Shown here: positions 7,119-16,474 of the stretch, piece by piece
How the letters are laid out: each line of letters begins with the position of its first letter
Position numbering within the stretch: position 1 is the first letter of the stretch
From: Nitrospirota bacterium
GTDB lineage: Bacteria; Nitrospirota; UBA9217
Length of the DNA: 18,585 bases
Direction: 5' to 3'
Assembly: GCA_963741205.1 (NCBI GenBank)
Contig: CAVUHW010000044.1
Coordinates: 1 to 18,585 of the forward strand
The notes under the pieces: generated by a model
The model's database searches: none
Told to the model about the DNA's origin: nothing
Seen by the model: the letters and a program-made list of their open reading frames with translations, nothing else
Position numbers and translations under genes: made by a program

Positions 7119-7775
7119 ATGAATCAATTTGAGCATAAAATGGATATCGGAAGATTGATAATGGTTTCAGTATTCGGCCTGTTAATGGCGGCTAATATAA
7201 CGAGTTTTTGCGGGGACGCAAAAGCCTTAGAGTCCGCTAGCACGATTAATGTTGCCACGCTCATACATCGCCTCCTTCTTGTATTCTTCTATGCCTTATT
7301 GGTCTTTCTTTACTTCACAAGAAGCGTCGCCAAGTCTACCACGGAATCTTTCATAACTAAAACCATCGCTGTCCTCGCGACATTTTTGCCGTTCGCGATA
7401 CCGTTGTTTGGGAAACCATCAGATCATCCCCAAATCATGCTCTTGGCAAATCTGGTAACCGTCCTCGGCATGGTGCTGGCCCTCTATTCGCTGGGTGCCC
7501 TTGGCAGGAACTTCAGCATCATACCCCAGGCTAGAACGCTGGTGCAAACAGGGCCCTACAGGCTTGTGCGTCATCCGGTATATTTGGGTGAATTCATCGC
7601 CATCTTCGGCGTTGTCCTGGGACGGATTTCGATTTCTGCAGTAACAGTATTATTCCTTTTTACGGCATTGCTTATATACCGGGCTATACAGGAAGAAAAG
7701 CTCCTTGTCTGTGTCTTCCCGGAGTATAGGGCCATTTCGCTGAAAACGGCACGCTTTATTCCGGGGGTATTTTAA
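7119..7775 (+). CDS. Isoprenylcysteine carboxyl methyltransferase (ICMT/PEMT) family membrane protein
   Basis: LGRNFSIIPQARTLVQTGPYRLVRHPVYLGE..RAIQEEKLL..FPEY..RFIPGVF and several TM segments. Start moved from 7032 to ATG 7119 (GGAGG at 7102-7106, downstream of the sigma54 motif). Confidence 0.88.
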   Translation: MNQFEHKMDIGRLIMVSVFGLLMAANITSFCGDAKALESASTINVATLIHRLLLVFFYALLVFLYFTRSVAKSTTESFITKTIAVLATFLPFAIPLFGKPSDHPQIMLLANLVTVLGMVLALYSLGALGRNFSIIPQARTLVQTGPYRLVRHPVYLGEFIAIFGVVLGRISISAVTVLFLFTALLIYRAIQEEKLLVCVFPEYRAISLKTARFIPGVF

Positions 7776-7880
7776 AGCGCGATCAAGGAAATAAGACACT
7801 CGTTGCCAACGAGGCAACTTCTATCCATCAGTAGAAACGTGAAGAATGTTTATCGCCATAACAGAAAGGAGGTGAGCGGG

Positions 7881-8048
7881 ATGATAAATCTGTTAATGAA
7901 ACTGAAAGAGCAGAAGGGTGCAACAGCTGTCGAATACGCGTTGATGGTGGCTTTGATTGCGGCTGTCATCATAGGTGTTGTCACGACTCTGGGCACAAAC
8001 GTCAACGGCGTGTTCAACTATGTGGCAGGCAAAGTTACGACTCCGTAA
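7881..8048 (+). CDS. flp: Flp family type IVb/c major pilin (55 aa)
   Basis: Strong SD AAGGAGGT; MINLLMKLKEQKG/ATAVEYALMVALIAAVII, with the prepilin cleavage site and Flp EY motif. Confidence 0.96.
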   Translation: MINLLMKLKEQKGATAVEYALMVALIAAVIIGVVTTLGTNVNGVFNYVAGKVTTP

Positions 8049-8100
8049 CGATTCACTTCACCGGTGAAATCGACACATGTGGTTGCAGTCGTGACCTTGA

Positions 8101-8133
8101 GGGGAGATGCCTCTGAAATGAGGCATCTCTCCC
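8101..8133 (+). terminator. Strong hairpin downstream of flp (partial terminator or mRNA stabiliser)
   Basis: GGGGAGATGCCTC-tgaaat-GAGGCATCTCTCC, 13-bp stem with one G-U pair, poor U-tract. Confidence 0.7.
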
Positions 8134-8175
8134 AAATTTAAAGCAAGTGAAATTATCTGTCATTGGGGGTGTGCG

Positions 8176-9057
8176 GTGAAAAGATACAAGCCTGTCATAC
8201 TTATCGTCCTGACTGTGCTGGTCGCACTTACCACGAGCCTTCTGTCCTACCGATGGCTCAAAGAAAGGTCTCTAGCAAACGCGGGCCAGCACGGAGAGAC
8301 CGTGAACGTGGCTGTGGCAGTTACGGACCTGGGCTGGGGCACGATAATAAAACCGGAGATGGTAAAGACCGTTCCATTCCTGAAGGGAAGTCTTGTATCC
8401 GGCTTCTTCACAGACCCAGCCTCAGTTGCCGGGAGGGTCGTCCTCACCCCCATAAAGGCCGATGAGCCGATATTCGAATCGCGCCTGGCTTCCTCGACCG
8501 TTACACAGGGCGGGGTCGCGGCCGTGATATCCGAAAACAAGCGGGCCATGGGAGTGAAGGTGGACAAGGTGCAGGGTGTGTCGGGCTTCATCCATCCGGG
8601 AAACAGGGTGGACGTCGTCGCCACCTTTAAGCAGTCAAATTCAACGATACCAATAACCATGACCGTCCTTGAAAATATCACAGTCCTCGCAACCGGGACG
8701 GAAACGGAGATCAGGGGCAAACAGGAAAAGCCGGTTGAGGTGGACGTGATCACACTCGAAGTGACGCCCGACGAGGCCGAAGTGCTCGCCCTCGCCTCGG
8801 CGGAAGGGAAACTGCAGCTCTCACTAAGGAATTCCAGCGATATTAGTAACATGAATACCTCTAAGAGGGCCACGACGGTTGAGTCGCTCATGAAGTTTCT
8901 GGCCGGCAAGAATAATGCCCCGGAGAAGAGAACGACAACAAAGAAAGTCGTTGCCGCCGTGCCCGTACCCGCACCCGTAAAAGAATCTTACTCCAAAGTC
9001 GAGCTGATAGAAGGCCAAAAAGTCGCTGAAGTGAAATTCAAAGAAGGGAGTGAATAG
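8176..9057 (+). CDS. cpaB: Flp pilus assembly protein CpaB/RcpC
   Basis: N-terminal TM, SAF-like VAVAVTDLGWG..PIKADEPI, KRAMGVKVD..GVSGFIHPGNRVDVV, ITLEVTP..LQLSLRN. Confidence 0.95.
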   Translation: MKRYKPVILIVLTVLVALTTSLLSYRWLKERSLANAGQHGETVNVAVAVTDLGWGTIIKPEMVKTVPFLKGSLVSGFFTDPASVAGRVVLTPIKADEPIFESRLASSTVTQGGVAAVISENKRAMGVKVDKVQGVSGFIHPGNRVDVVATFKQSNSTIPITMTVLENITVLATGTETEIRGKQEKPVEVDVITLEVTPDEAEVLALASAEGKLQLSLRNSSDISNMNTSKRATTVESLMKFLAGKNNAPEKRTTTKKVVAAVPVPAPVKESYSKVELIEGQKVAEVKFKEGSE

Positions 9058-9063
9058 GGCATT

Positions 9064-10503
9064 ATGAAAAAACCATGCCGGGGGGCTTTATTAACCTTCA
9101 TATTTGTTATCCTAGCGTGTTACACGCTTACCAGTGAGGCCGTGGCGAATGAGTTCGTGGTCACGCTCGATGCCGCAGCACCCCAGAAGATAAACCTCGT
9201 AGTGGGTAAATCCATCGTCATCGAGAGCCCCAGCGCGGTAAAGAGAGTCTCTCTGGCTGCTCCGGCCTTCGCCGACGCTATCGTGCTTTCGCCCCGGCAG
9301 ATATACCTCACCGGGAAAACGCCGGGCCTGACCAATCTGACCCTGTGGGAAGGCGAAACTGTTCTGGCCGCTTTCGACGTTGAAGTCTCTCCGGACATCG
9401 TCCGCCTCAAGGAGAAGCTCCATGAGATACTTCCCCGGGAAGAAAACATAAAAGTCAACTCACTCCATGATACGATCACTCTTTCGGGTACGGTTTCGAA
9501 CGCGGCAAACCACTCAAATGCACTTGCCATTGCCGGCCCGTTCGGCAAGTTGGTCGACCTTCTCGAGGTCGGCGGTGTCCAGCAGGTGATGCTCGAAGTG
9601 AGGGTCTCCGAAATACAGAAGAGCACTGCGAAAAGGCTCGGCTTCAATTTCAGCGGTGTGTCGGCATCCGGCCAACAGTTTGGGGTATCCGTCCTCAACA
9701 ACCTTACGAGTTTGAAGACACATCCGCCCCTGAATTTTCCATTTGGGTTTTCGGACATATCCGCACCCGGGGGAGTGGCCGTGTCCCAAAACATCAACGC
9801 AATTTTCAGATTCATTCATGACGGCGCAACGTGGACCGGATTCATCGACGCCCTCAAGGACAACGGACTGCTTACCGTGCTTGCCGAGCCGACGCTCACG
9901 ACCCTGAGCGGTCAGACGGCAAGCTTCAACGCGGGGGGAGAAGTGCCGATTCCGGAATCCGCAGGGCTCGGTTCCATATCCATCAGATACAAGAAGTTCG
10001 GCGTGGGACTAAGCTTCACCCCCACGGTCCTGAGCGATGGGAAGATCTCGATGCAGGTGACACCGAGGGTCTCGGACATCGATTTTTCCAACGCCATCGT
10101 CTCGAACGGCTTCCTGATCCCAGCCTTTACGGAAAGGGAGGTCTCAACGGTTGTTGAGCTTGGTGACGGTCAGAGCTTCGCTTTGGCAGGGCTTTTAAGC
10201 GAGAAAGTGACCGAAGACATCGCAAAATTCCCCCTTCTCGGCGACATACCGATCCTGGGTGTGCTTTTCAGAAGCAGCGCATTCAAGAAGAACGAGACGG
10301 AACTCGTGGTGATTGTGACTCCCCATCTCGTAAAACCCCTTGACATGAGCAGACAGACGCTGCCCACGGACAAGTACGGTGACCCTGACGATGTCGCGTT
10401 CTATCTCATGGGCGACCTGGTGGGAAAACCGGCAGAGCGTAGATCTTCCGTGCCTCTCAGCAAAGAGGGTTTTGACGGCGAAGTAGGCCATATCGTTCCG
10501 TAA
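9064..10503 (+). CDS. cpaC: Tad secretin CpaC/RcpA
   Basis: GKTPGLTNLTLW, BON-like segment, QQVMLEVRVSE, LAEPTLTTLSGQTASFNAGGEVPIP, FGVGLSFTPTV, PLLGDIPILGVLFRS, ETELVVIVTP. Confidence 0.96.
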   Translation: MKKPCRGALLTFIFVILACYTLTSEAVANEFVVTLDAAAPQKINLVVGKSIVIESPSAVKRVSLAAPAFADAIVLSPRQIYLTGKTPGLTNLTLWEGETVLAAFDVEVSPDIVRLKEKLHEILPREENIKVNSLHDTITLSGTVSNAANHSNALAIAGPFGKLVDLLEVGGVQQVMLEVRVSEIQKSTAKRLGFNFSGVSASGQQFGVSVLNNLTSLKTHPPLNFPFGFSDISAPGGVAVSQNINAIFRFIHDGATWTGFIDALKDNGLLTVLAEPTLTTLSGQTASFNAGGEVPIPESAGLGSISIRYKKFGVGLSFTPTVLSDGKISMQVTPRVSDIDFSNAIVSNGFLIPAFTEREVSTVVELGDGQSFALAGLLSEKVTEDIAKFPLLGDIPILGVLFRSSAFKKNETELVVIVTPHLVKPLDMSRQTLPTDKYGDPDDVAFYLMGDLVGKPAERRSSVPLSKEGFDGEVGHIVP

Positions 10504-10513
10504 TTATAGAAGC

Positions 10514-10562
10514 AGTTAATAGCTGATGGCTTATGGCTTAGAGCTCGGAGCCATGAGCCAAA
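10514..10562. repeat. 7-bp tandem repeat with internal dyad symmetry
   Basis: agttaat-agctgat-ggcttat-ggcttag-agctcgg-agccatg-agccaaa; tggcttatggct pairs with agccatgagcca. Confidence 0.65.
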
Positions 10563-10580
10563 GTCATACGGGAGGCAATA

Positions 10581-10901
10581 ATGAGAAGAACATATTATGT
10601 AACAGTCGTCGTCCTTATCTTTTTGATTACGACCGGGTGCGCCCATTTCGGAGCCCTTGAAGAAGATTACGGCAAGTCGTACTACGCGGCTAAAACCGGC
10701 CAGACGCTGAACCCCGAGGCCTCGAACAACCTTGAACCGGTTACGGGTCTTCCCGGCGCGGCCGCTGACGGAACTATGAAAAAATATACTGACAGCTTCT
10801 CGCCTTCAGGACAGACTCAGCAGATGCCGCAGAGCTTCGCGATAACACCGATAGTACCCACTGAAGGTGGAGGGACGGGACAAAATGAGTCTGGGAAATA
10901 G
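10581..10901 (+). CDS. Small Tad-associated lipoprotein
   Basis: SD GGGAGG; lipobox-like ITTG-C; QTLNPEA..PVTGLPG; lies directly after the secretin. Confidence 0.8.
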   Translation: MRRTYYVTVVVLIFLITTGCAHFGALEEDYGKSYYAAKTGQTLNPEASNNLEPVTGLPGAAADGTMKKYTDSFSPSGQTQQMPQSFAITPIVPTEGGGTGQNESGK

Positions 10902-11327
10902 GGAAAAAGGGGCTTCGGCCGTGGAGTTCGCACTCGTTCTGCCTGTGCTCATCCGGTCCTCTTCGGGATCATCGAGTTCGGCTTCATCATCTACGACAAG
11001 GCAGTCATCACGAACGCGAGCAGGGAGGGAGCGAGAACGGGTATCGTCTACAAAACGGGTGCCGGCGGCGTGGCTTCCGCAGTCCCCCCGAACGACATCA
11101 AGGATACCGTTAAAAACTACTGCATGAGCGCCCTCATCTCGCTCGGAGGAGGTCCGTCCGACCCTTCGACGACAGTAACGGGAAATTGCGCTGTTGCCGG
11201 CAGTGCACTTACTGTGGCGGTAAGCTATCCCTACACTTTTCTTGTGCTGCCGAATTTTGTGAGCGGGCTGACAGGCGCCATCACGCTGAATGCGACAACG
11301 GTGATGAACTGTGAAAACCAATTATAG
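10885..11327 (+). pseudogene. tadE: TadE/TadF-like pseudopilin, frameshifted as sequenced at ~10954-10955
   Basis: MSLGNREKG/ASAVEFALVLPVLI, then in the shifted frame VLFGIIEFGFIIYDKAVITNASREGARTGIV..; restoring one base (atc c[t]g gtc) joins the halves. Confidence 0.88.
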
Positions 11328-11335
11328 AGAAAAAC

Positions 11336-12640
11336 ATGAAACGATCTCTTATTGTCGATAACGAAACAGGCGGGGTTATCGTATTAGTTGTCTTCATACT
11401 GCTCGCATTCCTCGTCATGGGGGCATTCGCCCTGGACGTGGGGCATCTCATGATCGTACGGAACGAGCTGAGGAACGCGGCCGACGCCGGCGCCCTGGCG
11501 GGCGCGCGCAAACTCTATTCAGGGGTCACGACGACCGGGATTATCGTCAACAGCGGGGCAAACACGGTAGCTTTCGATGCTGCCGCGGCAAACGGGAGCG
11601 ACGCTTCCCCGGCGGAGGTCTCTCTCGTCGAGAGGGGACACTGGTGCTTCGGCTGCGTGGGAGCTGATGGAACGCCGGGGGTTTTCACCGCGAACGATTC
11701 CCTGAGCCCGTATAATTTCATGGGCCTGTCTTTTGACAGTCTCGATGCCGATCCGAATTACATAAACGCCGTGAGGGTCGTCACTGACCGCTCTGCAATA
11801 CCGGCCGCCTCCTTTTTTGCCGGTATATTCGGTTTCAGCGGTTTTCAACTGAGCGCAGAGTCGGTTGCTTGGCTTGGGTTTGTGGGCTCGAATATCAAGG
11901 TTGACCAGCCGATCGCCATTTGCATAGAAAGCATCCTCGATAAAGGCGGCAATCTCACCTGTACGAGAGGAAGGATGGTCAATTCTTCCGGATCCGGATA
12001 TGACAGCGGAACCGGGGCATGGACAAATCTCGAGCAGGGGGACGGTGCCTGCAACGGGGCAGCGAACGCGAACGAGGTCAAAACGCTTACCGGATGCGGC
12101 AATGGAGCAATCTCAGACATTGTCCTCCATTCCGGACCGATGACCACGGTAAACGGTCAGATAGAATCGGCCTTCAAAAAACTTTATGATTGCTGGAAGT
12201 CGACTGCGGATTCGAACGGTGATGGAAAGCCTGACCGGCCGTGGATTATGACGCTGCCGCTGATAAAATGCGACGACAAGCCACCCGGACCCTGCAACGA
12301 CGTCGTCGGCGCGATAAAGGTAGAGGTGCTCTGGATGACAGACCAGAACGATCCGCATTTCAATGATGTCCCGACATCGTATGCCGACCCGGAACCGTCT
12401 GGGGCCAGTTTTTCCTGCTCTGCCACCACCGAGGCGGACCGCAAGATCTGCTGGGCCAGTTTCCTGAGCACATACGGAATTGTTGATGAAAACGGGGTAG
12501 CCTTTGATGATGATACAGCGGCGAACGCATATGTTCAAAAAAACATTTTTTTCAAGCCCTCCTGCACTCTTGCTGCGGAAGGCAGCTCGGGCGGGGTTCC
12601 TTCCAATGTGGTAGCAAAAATACCAAAGCTGGTCAAGTAG
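11336..12640 (+). CDS. tadG: TadG-like pilus accessory protein
   Basis: N-terminal Tad domain G/GVIVLVVFILLAFLVMGAFALDVGHL..ELRNAADAGALAGA; Cys/Gly/Asp-rich C-terminal region ending IPKLVK. Confidence 0.88.
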   Translation: MKRSLIVDNETGGVIVLVVFILLAFLVMGAFALDVGHLMIVRNELRNAADAGALAGARKLYSGVTTTGIIVNSGANTVAFDAAAANGSDASPAEVSLVERGHWCFGCVGADGTPGVFTANDSLSPYNFMGLSFDSLDADPNYINAVRVVTDRSAIPAASFFAGIFGFSGFQLSAESVAWLGFVGSNIKVDQPIAICIESILDKGGNLTCTRGRMVNSSGSGYDSGTGAWTNLEQGDGACNGAANANEVKTLTGCGNGAISDIVLHSGPMTTVNGQIESAFKKLYDCWKSTADSNGDGKPDRPWIMTLPLIKCDDKPPGPCNDVVGAIKVEVLWMTDQNDPHFNDVPTSYADPEPSGASFSCSATTEADRKICWASFLSTYGIVDENGVAFDDDTAANAYVQKNIFFKPSCTLAAEGSSGGVPSNVVAKIPKLVK

Positions 12641-12650
12641 AGGAGAAAAA

Positions 12651-13904
12651 ATGTCGCAGACTCTCATCGTCAAGCTCAACGTAAAAAATCCTGAAACAAC
12701 AGTTGACCTGAAAGAGGCCGTCTGTTCGGTACAGGGTTGTTCCATCAGCAGTAATGGCATACCCTGCGACGTCATGTTCGTAGAAGTGGGCGATGATCTT
12801 GATGCCGAGTTCAAGCACATAGAGCAAATCAAGGCAAAAGGACTGGCGCGGGAGGTCTTCCTCACCTCTTCGCGCAATGACCCGGAGATCCTCTTAAAGG
12901 CTATGAAGACGGGAGTGAAGGAATATTTCTACCAGCCGGTAAACAAGGAAGAGGTCATAGCTTCTCTGAGGAAATACAGGAAAAGTGGCGAAGTGAACGC
13001 CCCTAAGCTGGAGAAAAAAGGGATCGTCATCAGTGTCATCGGAGGCAAGGGCGGCGTGGGAGCGACGACGACGGCAGTGAACCTTGCCGTCTCCCTCAGT
13101 GAGACGGCTGGGAACAAATCCGTGGTCCTGATGGACATGAACCCACTATTGGGCGGCATCCCTCTTTTTCTCGACATAAAAACCTCGTTCAGCTGGGCAG
13201 ATGGGGCGAAAGACATTGCACGCATGGATTCCACCTATCTCTTAAACACCCTTTATAAGCATCCCGCAGGGATCCACGTCCTGCCCGCGCCTTCGAAGCC
13301 CGCAGGGCTGGAAGCGGCGACCCCCGAGACCATGGAAAGGCTCGTGGGCCTGATGCGGTCTGCTTTCGACATTATCGTGATGGACGGCTGCCGATACCTT
13401 GACGATCTATCGCTCCGGATGCTCGCACTTTCCGACACGATCCTTGTGGTATCCGAATTAAACCTTCCCTCTCTCGTGAATGCCAAAAAACTATTGGAGA
13501 CCTTCGAGGACCTGGGCCTCTCCCGTAGCCAGGACCTGAGAGTCATCATCAATCGTTACCAGAAATCACCGATGATATCTCCTGAAGAAGCGGAAAAGAT
13601 CCTCGGAAGAAAAATTGTCTCAATGATCCCGAACGACTACGAGTCGACCATGTCGGCAATCAATACGGGGAAAACTCTTTCCGACGTGGCCCTCAAATCT
13701 GCCGTCATGGAGCATTTCCGGGAACTGGCTGCATTGCTGCTCCATAAAGAATGGGTCAGGAAGGACAAATCTACTTTTTCGCTTGTGAAAGAGAATTTCA
13801 GAGATCTGGCCTTTCGTCTTCATAAGGGTGACGGCAAGAACAGAAGATCCTTCTCCTTTTTGAATTCACCGGAGAAAGCAGAACCTTTTGGAAAGGTGAA
13901 ATGA
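12651..13904 (+). CDS. cpaE: CpaE/TadZ localisation protein (receiver-like plus MinD/ParA-like domain)
   Basis: LLKAMKTGVKEY, GGKGGVGATTTAVNLA, GIHVLPAP, FDIIVMD, VIINRY, IPNDY..AINTGK. Confidence 0.93.
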   Translation: MSQTLIVKLNVKNPETTVDLKEAVCSVQGCSISSNGIPCDVMFVEVGDDLDAEFKHIEQIKAKGLAREVFLTSSRNDPEILLKAMKTGVKEYFYQPVNKEEVIASLRKYRKSGEVNAPKLEKKGIVISVIGGKGGVGATTTAVNLAVSLSETAGNKSVVLMDMNPLLGGIPLFLDIKTSFSWADGAKDIARMDSTYLLNTLYKHPAGIHVLPAPSKPAGLEAATPETMERLVGLMRSAFDIIVMDGCRYLDDLSLRMLALSDTILVVSELNLPSLVNAKKLLETFEDLGLSRSQDLRVIINRYQKSPMISPEEAEKILGRKIVSMIPNDYESTMSAINTGKTLSDVALKSAVMEHFRELAALLLHKEWVRKDKSTFSLVKENFRDLAFRLHKGDGKNRRSFSFLNSPEKAEPFGKVK

Positions 13905-14032
13905 AAATTCCAAACCATTAGTAATATTCAAGTTTCATTCTTGAAACGTTTGACACATGGTACTTCGTACCTGGAATTTAGTTATAGTTTGTTGCTTCAG
14001 ATTTGGAGATTGTCTTTCACGGAGGGTCCATA

Positions 14033-15406
14033 ATGCAGGAGATAAAAGGACTGGATAAGACACCGCAAGCCCCTGGATTTAAAAGGGCCTCTCAGCCCGT
14101 CGTCAACCGTGGCTTTGTCGCTACGAACGAGTACCAGGAACTGAAAACAACCGTCCAGAACAAGCTCCTCGACGCTCTGGATCTCAAGCTCCTGGAGACC
14201 GTCGAATCGGGCCATCTTCGGCAGGAAATCCGAAGGCTTGCTGAGCGCGTACTCTCCGAAATAACAACCACGGTGCCGCTTAACTTTCTGGAGCGCGATC
14301 AGCTTCTTAAAGACATAGAGGACGAGGTGATGGGCCTGGGCCCCCTGGAGCCCTTCATGCGCGATCCAACGGTGGCGGACATACTCGTCAACACGTACCG
14401 TCAGATCTACGTCGAGCGACACGGAAAGCTGGAGAAGACCGAGGCCCGTTTCAAGGACGACGCACACTTAAGAAGGATCATCGACAAGATCGTGTCTGCG
14501 GTGGGGCGGAGGATCGACGAATCGAGCCCCATGGTGGATGCCCGCCTTGCCGACGGATCGAGGGTGAACGCCATCATACCGCCTCTGTCGATTGCCGGGC
14601 CGATGCTCTCGATCAGGCGCTTTGCCGTGGACCCTCTCGAGCTCGAAGACCTGATCGGCCTGCGAACCCTGACCCCGGAGCTCGGCTCCCTTCTCAAGGG
14701 CATCGTTCGTGCGCGGCTCAACGTGATGATATCGGGCGGCACCGGTACTGGTAAGACGACATTCCTGAACGTCCTGTCGCGCTTCATTCCTGCCGATGAG
14801 CGTATCATAACCATTGAGGACTCGGCGGAACTTCAGTTGAAGCAGGAACATGTCGTGAGTCTCGAGACGAGGCCTTCTAACATCGAGGGCCGGGGTGAGA
14901 TCACCGCGCGCGACCTGGTACGAAACAGCCTCCGGATGCGCCCGGACAGGATCATCGTGGGTGAAGTCCGAAGCCAGGAAGCCGTGGACATGTTGCAGGC
15001 CATGAATACGGGCCATGACGGCTCTTTGACCACGATCCACGCCAATTCTCCCCGGAATGCCCTTATGCGCCTTGAAACGATCGTGTCCATGGCAGGGCTC
15101 AATATCCCGAACGTGGCAATTCGGAAGTACATAAGCTCCGCCATCGACGTCGTTATTCACCTTGGGCGTCTTATGGACGGGACGAGAAAGGTTGTGAGTG
15201 TCGACGAAATAATGGGCATGGAAGGCGATGTCGTGACGATGCAGGAGATTTTCGCTTTCGAGCAGACCGGAATAGACGACAAGGGCTTGGTCAGAGGGAG
15301 ATTCGTTGCCAGAGGCGTGATGCCCAGGTTCATCGAAAAGTTCAAAATCAAGAACATTCCCGTACCGTACGATCTCTTTGATGAAACCAACATCATGGAA
15401 ATCTGA
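14033..15406 (+). CDS. cpaF: CpaF/TadA pilus assembly ATPase
   Basis: [28 protein letters not shown], Walker [46 protein letters not shown]; SD GGAGG before ATG 14033. Confidence 0.97.
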   Translation: MQEIKGLDKTPQAPGFKRASQPVVNRGFVATNEYQELKTTVQNKLLDALDLKLLETVESGHLRQEIRRLAERVLSEITTTVPLNFLERDQLLKDIEDEVMGLGPLEPFMRDPTVADILVNTYRQIYVERHGKLEKTEARFKDDAHLRRIIDKIVSAVGRRIDESSPMVDARLADGSRVNAIIPPLSIAGPMLSIRRFAVDPLELEDLIGLRTLTPELGSLLKGIVRARLNVMISGGTGTGKTTFLNVLSRFIPADERIITIEDSAELQLKQEHVVSLETRPSNIEGRGEITARDLVRNSLRMRPDRIIVGEVRSQEAVDMLQAMNTGHDGSLTTIHANSPRNALMRLETIVSMAGLNIPNVAIRKYISSAIDVVIHLGRLMDGTRKVVSVDEIMGMEGDVVTMQEIFAFEQTGIDDKGLVRGRFVARGVMPRFIEKFKIKNIPVPYDLFDETNIMEI

Positions 15407-15493
15407 CGAATCAGAAAACTACTTTCTGAGGACTCTGCGAGGCTAATATAATACTTTTTACGATTGAATCAAATCGGAGAGAGGAACTGATCC

Positions 15494-16459
15494 ATGGAAA
15501 CACTGATCGGAGTAGGAGTTTTTCTGTTGACCCTTCTTATAATCTACGGGGGGTATTTCTTCGTAAAAAAAATATATAAGCCCGAGCAGCGGAAGGTGCA
15601 TAAACGGCTGAAGACGCTCTCGACGACAGCTCGCCAGAACGAGGCAGTAGATATCCTCAAGAAAAGAATCCTGAGCGAAATCCCCTGGCTGAACAATAAA
15701 CTACTCAAGCTACCCTTTATTGTCAGACTCGAACGCCTCCACGGCGAGGCCAACGCATCCCATCCGCTCGGGGTCTATGTAATGCTTTCCATGGTGCTTT
15801 TCTTTGCGGGGTTTCTTCTGGCAAAGATCATGAGAATTGACCTCGTTATCATGACACTTCCATCGGTCCTGCTGGCATCGGGCCCCTTCTTCTACCTCTC
15901 TCACAAGAGGAAGAAGAGGATGGAAAAATTCGAGAGGCAGCTGCCCGATGCCCTGGAACTTGTGGCACGGGCCCTCAAGGCCGGCCATGCATTCACCGGG
16001 GGACTGAGATTGGTGGCTGAGGAGTTCGAAGACCCGGTCGGTACCGAATTCGGACAGACTCTTGATGAGATCAATTTTGGTATGAGTGTACCCGAAGCCC
16101 TCTCAAATCTGACACAAAGGGTGGACAGCGAAGACCTCAGGTTCTTCACCGTCTCCGTAATCATCCAAAGAGAGACCGGAGGCAACCTGGCCGAGATACT
16201 CGATAATCTGGGTCACCTGATCAGGGAGCGCTTCAAGTTCCAGGGGCGTGTACGTGTCCTTTCCGGCGAAGGCAGAATGTCGGCTATCGTACTCGTGGCA
16301 ATACCCTTCTTCATAGCCGGGTTCCTTACTCTGGTCAGGCCCGAATACATCAAGCTGCTCGTCTCAGACATCATCGGGAGGGTCCTTGTCACAACAGCTT
16401 TGATTTTGATGGCTTGCGGCATTTATGTGATGAAAAAAATGGTTTCCATAAAGGTATAG
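15494..16459 (+). CDS. tadB: TadB inner-membrane platform protein (T2SS F family)
   Basis: FERQLPDALELVARALKAGH, IQRETGGNLAEILDNL, LSGEGRMSA. Confidence 0.95.
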   Translation: METLIGVGVFLLTLLIIYGGYFFVKKIYKPEQRKVHKRLKTLSTTARQNEAVDILKKRILSEIPWLNNKLLKLPFIVRLERLHGEANASHPLGVYVMLSMVLFFAGFLLAKIMRIDLVIMTLPSVLLASGPFFYLSHKRKKRMEKFERQLPDALELVARALKAGHAFTGGLRLVAEEFEDPVGTEFGQTLDEINFGMSVPEALSNLTQRVDSEDLRFFTVSVIIQRETGGNLAEILDNLGHLIRERFKFQGRVRVLSGEGRMSAIVLVAIPFFIAGFLTLVRPEYIKLLVSDIIGRVLVTTALILMACGIYVMKKMVSIKV

Positions 16460-16474
16460 GGAGGGACGGGAAAA

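Noticed and set aside
7205-7240. Cyclic-dinucleotide (GEMM) riboswitch-like string GGGACGCAAAAGCC
   Set aside because: It lies inside the methyltransferase CDS and lacks the upstream GGCAAA and GNRA-capped stem.
11642-11656. Heme c binding motif in TadG (WCFGC)
   Set aside because: CxxC is followed by Val, not His, so it is not CxxCH.
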